From positions 16,508,684 through 16,572,683 of the forward strand of contig NC_068985.1 of assembly GCF_001194135.2 (NCBI RefSeq): 64,000 bases of DNA. Direction: 5' to 3'. Positions within the stretch are counted from its first letter, which is position 1. Each line of letters opens with the position of its first letter. This document shows, in pieces, positions 48,449-63,400 of this stretch. This DNA is from Octopus bimaculoides (taxonomy: Eukaryota). A program made the translations under genes and the position numbers. The notes beneath the pieces were generated by a model. The model ran no database searches, was not told where the DNA came from, and worked only from the letters and a program-made list of their open reading frames with translations.

Positions 48449-51400
48449 CTAGCACAGGTGGTTTGTACGTAACACCAACACAAGTGCTTTATGCATGACA
48501 CTGGCACAGGTGCTCTATACATGGTGCTGGCATGGGTGCTTCATGTGGGGCCAGCATGGGTGTGAAATTAATATTTGTTACACTTTTAAAATTAACTCCT
48601 ATTTTAGGTTGTATATATTTCCAGAAAATCTGTTACTTTATTACATAATATTGTATTGTATAATTTGACTTTAAGTTTTTTAAAATCTTTGTTCTGTTTT
48701 TAGGTTGTATGTGAACTAGAAACCAGTAATCAGTGGAGTTTTGATGTCCAATGGTGCCCTCGAAATCCTGGAATTATTTCAAGCGCTTCATTTGATGGAC
48801 ATGTCAGCATCTTTTCTTTGATGGGTGGAGGACATCCCTGTCAACCAACCAACAAGGTAATACTATTATGTAATGGCTGTAGACGGGTTGGGTGTCCAAA
48901 TGTTTTCACATCAGTTTTTTTTCAACAGCAAGAGACAGTCTTATATAAAAAAAGAAAAAACCCTCCTCACTTTGGACCTTTTGATCAGGAAACACTAAAT
49001 GTAGATGCAAGTATTATATGTGTGTTGTTTTCAGAGTAAGGGTTAACAAAGTTTACAGAGGACAGGCTGGTGTCCACCATATCTCTGCTCTTTCACCCCC
49101 TTCTGTTCATTATACTCCTTAAGGAAACCATGTTCAGGACTAGTTGCACTTAGTTCATTCTATATGCTTGTAATTTGGCTCTCATTGCAGAATCTCTGAA
49201 AGAGTTGCTGAAAATTTTTTAATGTAAACCTAAAGGTCAACATGTAAAAAAACAAAGTGCTTGTTAGCAAGAGAGAACATAAAATCCCAGTCATTGCTAT
49301 CTTTATATTACATTCACTTTCTTTATTGACATACATTCACTTTCTTTATTGACATAGGTTTGGTGGTTGTCACAATCCATTTCAGTTCTTATTTGGAATT
49401 AGTGTCTCCTAGATCGGTCATAAGGACTCTGTCTAGGTCATATGAATTGATTAGTGCCATTTGAAAATTGGTTTTGCTTGATTTGTAGAAAGTAAGAAGG
49501 AATTTGATGCTGTGCATTTATTACAAGTAATGGGTTACTTGTAATAAAGGAATAGTGGAAGCTTTTTTAGGCTGATAGAGAACCAAGACTTGAGATGTAA
49601 TAGATGTAATTAGCTGTAATTAGCTGTAGCAGAACCTATAGAATAAAGCTCAGTAGATGACATAGTTTCTAGTTACAATTACTTAGATAATTTAATTAAT
49701 GTTGGATGTGCTTGTAATGAACTGAGGTAAGGAATGAGTGAAAGAAGCTTGGGAAGTTATTACATTTGTTAGCAGCAAAATGTTTTTGTCTTCTTGGAAA
49801 AAGCAAATTGTAAAAAGTGTTGATAATGTTTATGAAAACAAACTTTAAAAAAATTATGATGATAATTTTATTAATTGAGTAGCTTAAAAGATTTGGATAT
49901 TTGTATGATTCATTTGAATACATGTGATGCCTCTCTGTAAAGTTAAAAAGCACCAGCATTACTTGTTTTCTGCTTTAATTACAATGAAGAATGTGTTTCA
50001 TATGGCACTACACAGCAATGTTGGTGACATCATTGACTCACCATCATCATTTGGCATCCATTTTCCGTGCTGGCATGGGTTGGACGGTTTGACAGGAGCT
50101 GGTAAGCTGGAGGGATGCACCAGGCTCCAGTCATCTGTTTTGGCATGATTTCTACGGCTGGATGCCCTAATCTTAACTCATGTGGTCAGCAATCCAATGA
50201 CTGAAGCAAGTAAAAATAAAAGATGCAAAGGAGAAGAGAATAGTTAATGAGAAGATTAGTCAAAGAAATGTTAAAACATTAAAACTGAGATCAAACTGAT
50301 CAAGTAACTTTACATGTAATGTTCCAAACAATGCTTGCTGATATGGTAGGAATTATTGATAATTGATGGTCTGATATAAATTATGTGCATATAAAAAATA
50401 CTTTTCTATCTTCAATGTTAATATCTGATCTACTTTTTTTTTCATCTGTCTAGGTTGCTGAATCATTTAATACTAATGTGTTTCCTGACCAATCTTCATC
50501 ACATACTGCACCAGTCATCATTCCATTGCAAAAACCCCCCAAATGGCTATGCAAACCTGTTGGAGCAACATTTGGGGTAAGGATTATTAATCTATTTTTA
50601 TGCTGCTGTGTTTGTCTTTTGTTAATTACTTTACCTTTGAATAAGTCTTGTGCTGATTGTGTTGGCTATTTTATATTGGTTTCATTGATCCTTTTAACAA
50701 CAGTACCTGCAGTTATTTTTATATTGTGGAACTTGAAGTATCCATCCAAGGGTTTCTTTTAACTTAATATTCTACATGCCATTATCTATCACTTTATCTA
50801 CTTTGAGTTCCACCATTAAATATAATTTACTTACTATTTCTTTAAGTTTCTAAATTTTCATAATATAAAAAAAGTACCATCTTTTTGTACAAGTCTGGCA
50901 ATAGACATTATTTAAACTTTTGTCACTCTTTCTAACTATTTCTGTTGTTAATACTAAAAAAAAAAAAAGGTCAGAATATTGTAAATGTCCCAATCTCCTT
51001 CCTTGAACAGTTGAAACTTTTATGACTGTGTGATCAAGAATTATGTGGCATTTTGGGCAATTATCTTCTACTTTAGTGTTTTTGTGTGGAATTTGGTAGG
51101 TGACAACTGAAAGATCACTGTGTGTGCACACATATGTTTGTGTTTACATTCTTTTTCTCATGCTAGCATGGGTTAGACAAATGACTTATTGAAGCCTTGT
51201 TTTGCAACTTGATACCCTTCCTGTTTTTCAAGTAAGAGATCCCTTCGTAAGCCTTCAAAAGTTGAAGAAGAGACTAATCATTGCTTGTAGCTCATGACTT
51301 TTATAGAAGTGAGTGCAAACATGACAGTAGACACACTCACACACACACACACACACACACACATATTATGACAGTATTCTTTCAGTTTCCATCTACCAAA

Positions 51401-54400
51401 TCTGTTCACAGTGCTTATGTGTGTGTGTGTGTGTGTGTGTATGTAGTATATTTTGTGTGTACATTTAGATGTACGACTGCTGCCAGTGAGTTTAAAACTC
51501 AACATAGAGTATCATCATGTAGTGCACTTCCTGTATAGTGATGTGGTTACTAGGCATTTTCAAGGGGCTTCATCTTTGTAACATAATGCAATAAGTTGTT
51601 CCCTAATGACCTGTGTGGTTCAGCATCCATTTGCTCTTGGAACATCCAATGCAGAGATGCAAAAAACTGCAATGGTGAAACATACACAAGGGAACTAATG
51701 ATATAAACAGCTTGTGTTTATCATAGTTTCTGACAAATCATCATCATCATCATCATACGTCCGCTTTCCATGCTAGCATGGGTCGGACGATTTGACTGAG
51801 GACTGGCGAACCAGGTGGCTACACTAGGCTCCAATCTGATTTGGCAGAGTTTCTACAGCTGGATGCCCTTCCTAATGCCAACCACTCTGAGAGTGTAGTG
51901 GGTGATTTTACGTGCCACTGGCACGAAGGCCAGTCAGGCGGTACTGGCAACGGCCACGCTCAAAATGCTGTATTTTACGTGCCACCTGCACAGGAGCCAG
52001 TCCAGCGGCACTGGCAATGATCTCGCTTGAATGACTTTTCACTGATGCAGGATATAAACACAAAGAAGAAAACCTAGTGCTTTATAAACAAAGTCCCTTA
52101 CAACAGAGTTTGAGAGACTTCCTTACCACTTATATGTATGTGTATGTGTGTGTACTTATGCACACACACACCTCAAAAGGCTTTGATTAGCTCAGTACTA
52201 CTGTTGAAGGTACTTACCCAAGGTGTCATGCAGTGAAGTTGAACCCAAAACAATGTGACTAGGAAGCAAACTTCCTACCACACAGCCACACCAGCAAATA
52301 TAAAGAAATGGACAAGGGTTTTATAATAAATTTCTGTTATTTTCCATTTTAAACAATTTTTAGTCTCTTTTTGTTTTTCTAATTAAAAAAAGATGATAAA
52401 GAATTAATATTTGCTTGTTTTCAGTTCGGTGGTAAGCTGATAACTTTTGAACACATTCGAGGAAATGTCAATCCCAACCAATCTCCTGCAGCTACACAAA
52501 TGCAAAACCAATCTCGAATTGTTTGTATCAGTCAAGTTGTTACAGAGACAGATTTGTTACATCGATCGAACCAGCTTCAAAATGCTTTAAATAAAAACGA
52601 AATTGTGGAATTTTGTTCAATGAAAGCTGAGAATAGTGTTGATTCTATGGAACAAAACATCTGGATGTTTCTCAAGGTTTGTCATTTAAACAAATATTTC
52701 TGTTATTTTTGCTTCACACCATTATTGCTAATCTTTGTTGGCCCTTAAATATTAGGTGGCTAGTGTCAACATAGATTGTTTAAATTGTCTGTTTGCTTCT
52801 TTTTTTTCTTTTTCTTTTGTATTTTCTTCCAGTACAAATTTGTATTGGGAAAGCATCAAATGGCTAGTTTGTATCACATCCTGTACAACAAACTACAGTA
52901 TTAAACATCTTGTTTGTTAATAAAGAGGAATTTCATGCATTTTGCCCATATTCCTTATGCCATGTAGTGTCTGCACTCATTCTATGATGTGCCATCATTA
53001 TCATTGTATTTTTTTTCTTTTCTTTTCTATGTTGGCATGGTTGGGATGGGTCTTCTTCATCATCTGCCATACACAGCAACAGAGAAAACTATCCGTCTTT
53101 GTCATGTATGTCATGTTTTGTGGCATTTATTTTACAGCTTGATGCCCTTCCTACAGAATGAACTAAGTGCTTTTTAACATGCCACTGGCACTAAAGAGAG
53201 AGAGAGAGAGAGTCTGTGACAGAACTAAAAAGTCCTTTCTCTCTTGCATCAGATTTTTAATTCAGAATTACTCTTCTTGTAGATAAGGGGCTTTCCTTCA
53301 TTTTGTTGGCATGGCTTTTACCTCTGGATGCTCTTCCTATTACCGATTATTTTACAGCATGGCCTGGCTTTATTTTATCATACTATTGGTTATGCTAGAT
53401 CAGATTGGAGTCTAGTGTAGCCATCTGGTTCGCCAGTCCCCAGTCAAATCGTCCAACCCATTCTAGCAAGGAAAGCGGACGTTAAATGATGATGATGATG
53501 GTACCAGACAGAGATTCCTCCTCTACTCTACATTGCCCTCTGGCAGTGTCAATGGTTGCTAGTGTCACAGTCCCTCTGATATCACTATGAACCTACGCAC
53601 ATTCAAAGACCAGTTTACAAAACCATGTATATTATAATTACTGAATTCAAATATAATTCCTCTGAAATTAAATCTTTTGTTATAGTTATTTTTTATAAAT
53701 GTGTAATTTCAGTCAAACTTTGAAGAAGATCCAAGGTCTAAATTCCTTCAGTTGCTTGGTTATAATAAAAATGAACTTGCCAAAAATGTAAGTTTTCTGA
53801 GAAAATTCTTTCTTGATTTCTATACTTTGGTCTTTCTGCAACTTTACAACTACAAGAATGAAATTTATAAGTAACAAAAAGGAACGCCATAATTTGGGGT
53901 TTCAACTCATACAATTTAGATATGCAGTAACTTTGATAACTTCATAGTCAGTGTACATATTACCTATTTTACTTCACATTAAAATAATTAAATATCCTAT
54001 TTCAGTTAATTATTCTCATATGTCATATCTCTTTTACACATCTATTTGTCTCCCATCATTATACCAGAGATATACGAATCCATTCCAAATTCATAGAAAT
54101 AAAGTGATTACTTTTTTGTGAAATTATAAAATTTAAAATATATTCTGATTTAGGAATTGATTGATGAGTGTATTTTCAAATTCAGACGTTTGTTCTAGAT
54201 TTTACATTTTAGTGGCTTCTATTTTCTTGCACAAATAACTTATTACCCAGAATGGATCAATAGAATGACACAAATAGAATAGTGTATTCTGATTCAAACC
54301 ATGCAATATTTGCATTAGGATGTGGACCTTAGGGTTATAAGTTTATCACTTTCTAGTGCAATTTGTATATCCCACAAAAGAAAATAAAATAAATTAAAAA

Positions 54401-57400
54401 AATGATAAACAAGAAAATAAGCTATATATTTCAATAATATTTATTTAGGATAGCTACAGTTCAGATGAATGTAAATATATTTTGTGAGCTCTGGAAGGGG
54501 CAGTGTTAACTGGACCCAACCTTGGCTTCATCAACTGGGTGTCAATGAGGGTGCCTGATTTTGAAAGACCCAGATACCATTCTTGAGATATTACTTTATA
54601 CCTCACACTTTTATAAAGCCTTTATAAAGTTCTCTCCTATACTGAACACAAACATATGTGTTACTGTTGTGAAGGCTAAAAAAGGCAATTTCATTTCAAT
54701 CCCAGGTGAAATTTTCCCAGTGTTTTTATCTGTTGTATTTACTGGTAGAGCCAACTAGAAGAAGCCCCTCTGGTCACTGATGCTGTTATAAAAAGCAGAC
54801 CGATTTTCCTTAACACAGCGTCATCTTAAAAAGTGGACACATTAAACAATGGTAATCTTAGATGCCTCTAAAATGATGGGATGGTCATTGTTGGAATACT
54901 TTTGATCACAGGTCTATTCAATCAGACTTTATTTGGGGCTAAATAACAACTAGGGGATCATGGAGAAGTAAAATAATATTTATACAGAGCTTTACTAAGT
55001 AACTATCATGCCATTCTAGTGCACATTGCTACATTTGTAATGTATTTATGGCTGTTATGATCATGGATATTTCTACATGTTACCATCCATTGGAGGTGAT
55101 TCTATCCATAACCACACATTGTCACATTAAAATATATCTTTCCCAAAATGTTACTTTTAATACCAGACAGTATTTACCTCATACTTAAGATTTAAAATAC
55201 TTATTTGTTTCTGTAGGTATTGAAGCATGTAAGCCTGAATGAGGATCAACAAGGTGTAAATGCTGCAGAACTGGCTCAGAAAATGTCACTCTTGAATACT
55301 GTAAGTTGAATAATTTATTGTACATGTTGTGGCATTTGATATTTTTTTATGAAAATAGTAAATTGTTAGTTGAAATTTTAGATTATATCATTTCAATAAA
55401 CCTTTGCAGAATTTTATAATTGACATTCCTTATCATTGTTCTTAAATCTGTTTTTTCCATACTTGGTTGGATTTCTTGATAATGCATTCTATGGCCAGAT
55501 GCTATTTCTGGTGCAAATCCTTACTTATTTTCAAGTAAGGTATTTTATTCCACTTGCCTTCACCACATCAAATTACTTAGCTGCAGAACGTATTGTTTTT
55601 GTGGGACATAAGCTGGCTTCTTCACTGCCAAAGCAGTGTCAATGCATCAATGCAATTATGTGTGGGTTTGTACACATGCACACAAACACAATACAACAGG
55701 CTTCTGTGCTGTTTCCATCTACCAAATCTCACTTACAAAGCATTGATCAACCTGATGCTGTAGTAGATAATACTTTGCCCTCGGTACCATGCACATGAGT
55801 TGAATCCTAAACTGTATGGTTGTGAAATGAAGACCTTAACCACACAGCCATGCCAGCACCTAGAGATTGTGCTTATAATATTTAGATTTTCCATTCTGAA
55901 GTGGTTGCTCATCTAAGTACTAAGTGAGTTTGGTGTTGCCATTAGTGATCAGATAAGAATTGATGCTTTCAATGTGAAAGGACTGTAAACCATATTAGCT
56001 AAATTAACCAAATATGGTCATATGTTTCTATGATATTTGTAAGCTTCTTAGACCTTTGTTTTTAATTGTTTGTAGTTTCAGTTTCTTTCTTTCTTGCCTT
56101 TAACCCTCCAACGCGGAGTATAGGCCACTTATAATTGAATTCCACGTCGCATAAATTCTCGCTTCTGTACTTATACTCTGCCATGAATGTCCCCCTTTCT
56201 CTAGTTCCTTTTGTGTTGATTTACGCCACAAGTTCTTAGGCCTACCCCTCTTTCTATATCCATCCGGATTCCACTGTAAAGCACTTTTCGCTACATTTGG
56301 AAACAGGTAAATCTGGCCAAGTTGAAGTTGAATGGGCTAATCACCCATGCAATGGATTTTCAAATTGATTACGAAAACACTGATAGTTGACAAGTTTCAG
56401 CTTATGTGAGTGTAAATGTCTTTACACATATAACTGGTTACAAGTGCTTGTATGTATGTGTTTACTTGTACTTGCCAGTTTGGCTACTTACAGAGATGTA
56501 TGTTTATATAAATGTAAAGTATGTTTACACAAATGTAATGTGTGTTTATATATGTTTGAATAATTTTGTTTTGATTTCAGGATTCCTTAGGACAGGGTGG
56601 TTTGTCTCTGAGTGGTCAAGGTTCCCCTAGTGTTGGTTCAAAGGTATTGTAATATTCTTTCAGAAACATAAGGCTATGTAAGCTCTAAGGCAAAAAAATC
56701 TTTTCATAAAGAGAGAAAGAGATCCAAGTCTAACAGATTTTTAATTCACTGCTCTTTAAATACATTTCAAATCTTTTATATATATTGGAATTTTAAGCAA
56801 TTGAATGTCTTATTTCAATATGGTTTTCTTCGCAGACTCCTAACAGTATTGGAGAACCATCTGAAGCATCTTCGTTATTTGAAGATATTACCTTGCAACA
56901 ACGGAATCTATCTGGATCACAATCCCCATTGCCTATTCCAGCTCATTCAAGTTTATCAGATACATCAAGCTCAAGAACTCCCCTCACAATATCCACTAAT
57001 TCAGGTTTGTGTATTGTCTTATATTTATTACATGATGATAAAGAAATAGAAATGTTTCTTGAAGTTTTTTTAAACTATATATATTTGCATAATTTCATTC
57101 TCATAATGAAATTCATTCAAAATTATTGGATGATATTAGTTTACTTCATTGAAATTGTGAATACTTTGATCACTGCAATTTCAGCAGCAAATGCTTTATT
57201 TTTCCACACTGTCAACCCCCTTTATCATTATTCATATTATTCTTTTTAACTTTGACATTAACAAACCTTTATGCAGTTTGCCCACAGCTCTGTATAATCT
57301 ATTTACATTTACCCCTTTAAAAGTTTTGTACTTATACGCGAGCTGTTTCTTATTGTGTGTGATAATCATATTCATCATAGACATTTTGAGGTGATTATCA

Positions 57401-60400
57401 AAGTCGCTGAATTAATTTGTTCTGTTAAATTCAGTTGTCATTTTTCTATAGAATACGTTTATCTGTAAGCCACACACTTCTACAGTCAGATCAAAGTTAT
57501 CATGTTAGCAAATATTTTGAATCAATTCCCCAATCACTTGACTCAATTTAGTGATGTTGAAGTTTCTTTTTAATGATTTTGTCCTCTAAATGATTGCCCT
57601 TTTTTTAAAGTTCTTCTAAATACAATCAGTAAAATAGTATTGAAAGAAATATATAGTTTACATATAATTCATTGTTCATATCGCTATACAGAATCGATTT
57701 TTTCTGTTAGATTATCAAAGTTCAATGAATATATCCCAAAATAACATTTGTGATCGATCGATCCATCCAATAACATTTATGAAATAGGATAATCCAGTTT
57801 GCTGATTTCTGTTGCATAACTGGCTATGTATATTTTGAATAAGATGCATTAATAATTACAAAGTAATAATTCTTTTTATTTCAGATGCAAATGGTTTGCT
57901 TAGTCAAGCATTATTAATGGGTAATTTTGAAGCTGCAGTAGAGATGTGTCTTCATGAAAATCAAATGGCTGAAGCTATTTTACTTGCCATAGCCGGTGGT
58001 CCTGATTTGCTTCGGCGTACACAGAATAAATATTTCAGCACTAATCACAGTTCTTTAAGCCGAGTAAGCCAACTTTCATATTCAGCATGATAACATCCCA
58101 TAAAAATGGGGCATTACTATGTACCATTGCTATGCACCAGTGTGTAGGAATCAATATCATTGAAAGCAGCGTTTTGGTAATACTGCAAACATCTTTATTT
58201 GGCAACTGTGTGTTCAATTGACCTGGCCTCATTTTAAATGGCTGTCATCATCTTTTTTTTTTTCTGTTTCTCATGCTGATATGAGTTGGGTGGTTTGACA
58301 GGATCCAGCAAGCTACAGGGCTGTGCCAGCATCTAGTGTCAGATTTGGCATGGGTTCTATTCCTGGATGCCCTTTTTAACGCCAACCACTTTACAGTGTG
58401 TAATGGGTGTTGTTTTTTTGTTGTGCCACTGGCACTATTGAGGTTGCCAAGTAATTTGCTAGACAGAAAAACAAAACAGGGAAAGGTGTAGAAAAATATA
58501 AAATATAATTTTTAAAAACTTGACTAAGTAGGATGAATGTTTGAGAGAGATGGAGCTGACTTTATGCCAGATGTTGAGAGGCTGAAGTATGACAGGGTGA
58601 CAAGCAAAAGTGTCTTGCTATAGAGGAGATACATGGCAATTTTTATTTTTCAAAGGTGGTAAAAACTATATTACCCATGTCCATTTGGGCATTTTACATG
58701 AGAGCTGTTGCCATCTTTTTGCAAATTGTTGAATTCAACATCAAAATTAAATTAGTGTTATGCAGAATTAGGATTATAATAGAATAAGACCAAAGGTCAA
58801 TTTCTTTCATTTTGTTCCCAGTATATATTTTTTTAATTGTTGATTTTTATATATAAAAGAAAATATGCTGATTTGATAATGGTTATTCTGTTCTTCTTCT
58901 TCAGTTAATTTCATCAGTTGTGACTCATGACTGGAATCATGTCATTCAAACCTGTAACTTGGACAACTGGAAAGAAGCTCTAGCTGTACTCATAACATAT
59001 ACGTCTCCAGAAGAATTCTCTTTTCTATGTGGTCAGTTATAATTTCAATTATTTACTTGACTTTTCTTTAGTGTTCATCACCATCATCATCATCATCATC
59101 GTTTAACGTCCGCTTTCCATGCTAGCATGGGTTGGACGATTTGACTGAGGACTGGTGAAACCGGATGGCAACACCAGGCTCCAATCTAATTTGGCAGAGT
59201 TTCTACAGCTGGATGCCCTTCCTAACGCCAACCACTCAGAGAGTGTAGTGGGTGTTTTTACATGTCACCCGCATCATTATTGTTTTAACAGTTACTCTTC
59301 CATATTTGTTGGGCCTGATGAAACTTGTTGAGGTAGGTTTTCTATTGTTACATGCTTTTCCTATTACCAACCCGCATCTGTCTCTAAATGAGGCAATATT
59401 TCCCATAGTTCTTCGAAAAACCAGCAACCCAATAGCTGGGCATGTTTTCATGAAAGATTGCAAATAAGTGACACCATTTGTCTGATTGGTCACTTTGTTT
59501 GGTGACCCTGAAAACGTCAAGACAAAGGAAAACATCAGACACATGCATGCACTCACCCATACACGTACATCTCTCCACACACACACAGACTGAGTGTTTT
59601 TTATCTACCAAATTCACTCACAAAACATCACTCAGCCTAGGTCTCTATTAGAAGATATTTGCCCAAGGTGCTATGCACTAGGATTGAACTCAAAACTATA
59701 TGGTTACAAAGTGAACTTCTTGATCATATTGCATACCTTCATTTTTTTTAAATATTCTGAAATACTTTATGTTGTTGCAGTTGGTCCTCATGTCTCTTAT
59801 GATTAAACAAACCTATAATCAAAGTCTTGATTACCTTATCTTTTATCAGACACTATATTATTTTGGACTACATTATCTAATATGTACTTTCTTTTTAAGA
59901 TGGTAGGGTGTAGTTTGAGTGAAATTTGACCTGTGTAGGCTCCCTTGTTAGCTCATACATCATCATCATCAGCATTTAGCATCTGTTTTCCATGTTGGCA
60001 TGGGTTGGACAGTTTGACAAAAGCTGGCAAGCCAGAGAGCTGCACCAAGATACAATTGTCTGTTTTGGCAAGGTTTCTATGACTGAATCCTTTCCTAACA
60101 CCAACCACTTTGCAAAGTGTACTGGGGCTTTTTACTTGACACCAGCACAGGCACTTTTTGTGTGACACCAATATGGGTGCTTTTGATATGGCCCCAGTAC
60201 CTATTTCTAATTCTTTAATATAAAATTTCTAAATTTCCAATTTCAATTTAATTTTCAGATTAACTCTCACAGCTAAATTAGATTTTGTATCTCTTCTCAT
60301 TTCTTTGTTTGCAATAATTAAAATATAATGAAATGCAAAATTTAAAAAATTGAATAAAATAGTTTTAAATTCTTGTCTACCAATTTTTTTTCTTTTTTGC

Positions 60401-63400
60401 TTTAGATTCCTTGGGAAGTCGACTTGAAGCTGAGAAGGAATCATCAGTCTATGCTAGTTTGTGTTATATTTGTTCAGGAAATGTTGAAAAACTTGTTGAA
60501 AATTGGCAACAAAATTCACAGAATGCAAGTGAGCCCTCAGCTCTTCAGGTTAGTATAATTGATGAAGGATTTTATATATTTTTTTTTCAATTTGTCAGAA
60601 ATTGCAGGAAAAAGGAAAAAATTTGATGCCCTTCCTAATGCTAACCACTCTGAGAGTGTAGCAGGTGCTTTTTATGTGTCACTGGCACAGTAGCCAGTCA
60701 GGGGACACTGGCATTGACCATGTTTGGATGGTGCATTTTACATGTTACCAGCACAGGAGCCAGTCAGGGGACACTGGCATTGACCACATTTGGATGGTGC
60801 TTTTTACATGCCACTGGCACGGGAGACAGTCAGCAGGGAATTGGAACTGACCATGTTTGGATGGTGCTTTTTACATGTCACCAGCACGGGAGCCAGTGAG
60901 GGGGCCCTAGCATCGACCACGTTTGGATGGTGCTTTTTATGTGCCACTAGCACGGGAACCAGTGAAGGGGCACTGGCATCAACCACATTCGGATGGTACT
61001 TTTTATGTGATACTGGCACAGAAGCCAGTCAGGTGGCACTAGCATGGCCCTTCAATTAGTAGTTAAACCTCCTCCCAACATATGGAGATGCGAGATTCTC
61101 CGTTATAGTATAGGTGATCCAACTAAAATGTTGAGTATTCCAAACAAATCACACAGAAAAGATGTAGACTCTGCGGGTCACACAAAGGCAATCCTTTTAG
61201 AGGAGAAGTAACTCTGAATAAAAAAGTAATGCAAAAAGAAAAGAAAAAAAAAACTACTTTTTTTATATTCTTTTGAAAATTTACTGTAACCTTTTAGCAT
61301 CACCATCATTTAATGTTTGTGTCCCATGCTGGTATGAGTTGGAGCCACTAATAAAATCCAACCAGGATCCATTAAGGCTGTGTTAGTCTTCAGTGTCAGT
61401 TTAGCAAGATTTCTGCAGCTGGATGCTCTTCCTAATGCTAACCACTTTACAGAGTCTACTGTTTTTTGCATAGTACCAGTACCAATGGGGTCATTAAGTA
61501 ATCTGCAAGGCCCTAATTAATCCACAACACTCCCCCCACCTCACAGGGTGAGACTAGTATTGAGGAAAGTGGCTTTGTACCAGATGTAGAGAGGCTAAAG
61601 TAGGAAAGAGGGACAGGAACAAATGTATGAATCTTTCTATTTCAAATTATCTAACTGTAATAGACTGAACAATTGACTATTCCATTTCTTTCCATTTTAG
61701 GACCTGGTTGAAAAAGTCATGTTATTACGCAAAGCTGTTGAATTTTCTCAAGGCCAAGAAATACCAATAAAAGAAGGATTAGTTGCCGATAAACTTTGCA
61801 AATATGCCTCAATTCTTGCTGCACAAGGAAATTTGAATACTGCCATTAATTACATGAACTCATTTCCAGGGGTAATTATGAACTTTTAAAAAATTTTAAT
61901 TAACCGTATCTTCTTTAGTAAAAATGGAATGTTGATTTATAGTATTGTTTCTGTCTGAAAGTTATAAATTATAAATTTTATTTTAGGTTTTGTTTGTAAT
62001 TATTTGTTCTTATTCATGTAATTTTTTTTCTGTTACCAGCCTGCCCTAGATTCAATGAAGGACCGTTTGTTTCATGCTCTCAATGGGAATGTAGCTGGTG
62101 TGCAACAACCAGCTTTCCCGTTTCAAAAAGTAGAAATCCTTCCAGAAGGGGCTCAAAGGGGCCAACAACAACAGCATCTACAACAGCAGCAGCAGCAACT
62201 ACAACAACAACAGCAACTACAACAGCAACACCAGCAACAACATCATCAGCAACAGCAACAACATCAACAACAGCCTTATCAAGCATCACAACCCCAACAG
62301 GCTTACGGACAAGCTCCACAAAATTTGTACCAGCCAAACCTGCAACAGAATCAATCTTTCCAGAAACAGCAGGAAGAACAAAGACTTGGATTGAATTCAC
62401 AACAGGTCAAATTTAATGAGGTTTTACACTTTCTTTTTCTCTTGAATTTAAGTCAGTGAAATATTTGACATCATCGCCATCGTCATCACCATCATCATCT
62501 TCATCATCATCACTGTCATCATTTAATGTTTGTTTACCATGCTGTCATAGATTGTATAGTTTGATAGGATCTGGCAACAGGAAAAAAAAACACCTTAACT
62601 AAATGTGTGTGGGAGGTTGGGAGGGGGTATTAAAACTGGTGATACCAATGTTAGTGGTATGTTTGTATCATTGGTATTTATAATTGAAAGTAAATTGTAA
62701 TTTGAAGTTTTAGTTTTCTATCTTTCATCATAACCTATACCTGAAAGCAATTTTTTTTTAAGTCATGAGGAAGTGAATTTTTCATATTTTTGCAATTCCT
62801 ATCATTTCTAAAAGCATTTCAGGAAATAAATGTCACCATTTCAAACTGACATTGAGTCATGAATTAATTAATGATGAATTAACACCTAACAAAATATTGA
62901 CTTTATTAATTAAGTAATATTGTGAGCACTCTTAATACATAAAATTTTATCATCACCTTCACAGACGTTCACAATATTCCATAATTAATAAAATCCTTTC
63001 TCCTATTGGCACAAGGCCTGAAATGTTAAGGGAGGGCTAGTCAATTACATCAATCCCTAGTGCTTGACTGGTACTTAATTTATCAATCCTGGAAGGATGA
63101 AAGGCAAAGTCAACCTCGGTGGAATTTGAACTCAGAACATAAAGACAGACAAAATACTGCTAAGCATTTTGTCTAGCAAATCTGTGCCAGCATGGAACAT
63201 AGACGTTAAATGATGATGATGATTTAAACATGATAGCAAATGGTAACAATGTTTTATGTTTGTTTTATGGTGATTGATAGACTGCTCTACACTTAACATA
63301 GAAAAGCAAATAGGTAAGTGAAATGAAATTCTGACAACTCTAGCATGGATTCTTGAACAATGGACAACTTACACAAAAAAAACCCCACACTTATTAATTA

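Noticed and set aside
62080-62400. Val/Ala-rich minus-strand ORF
   Set aside because: Antisense reading of the polyQ codons.
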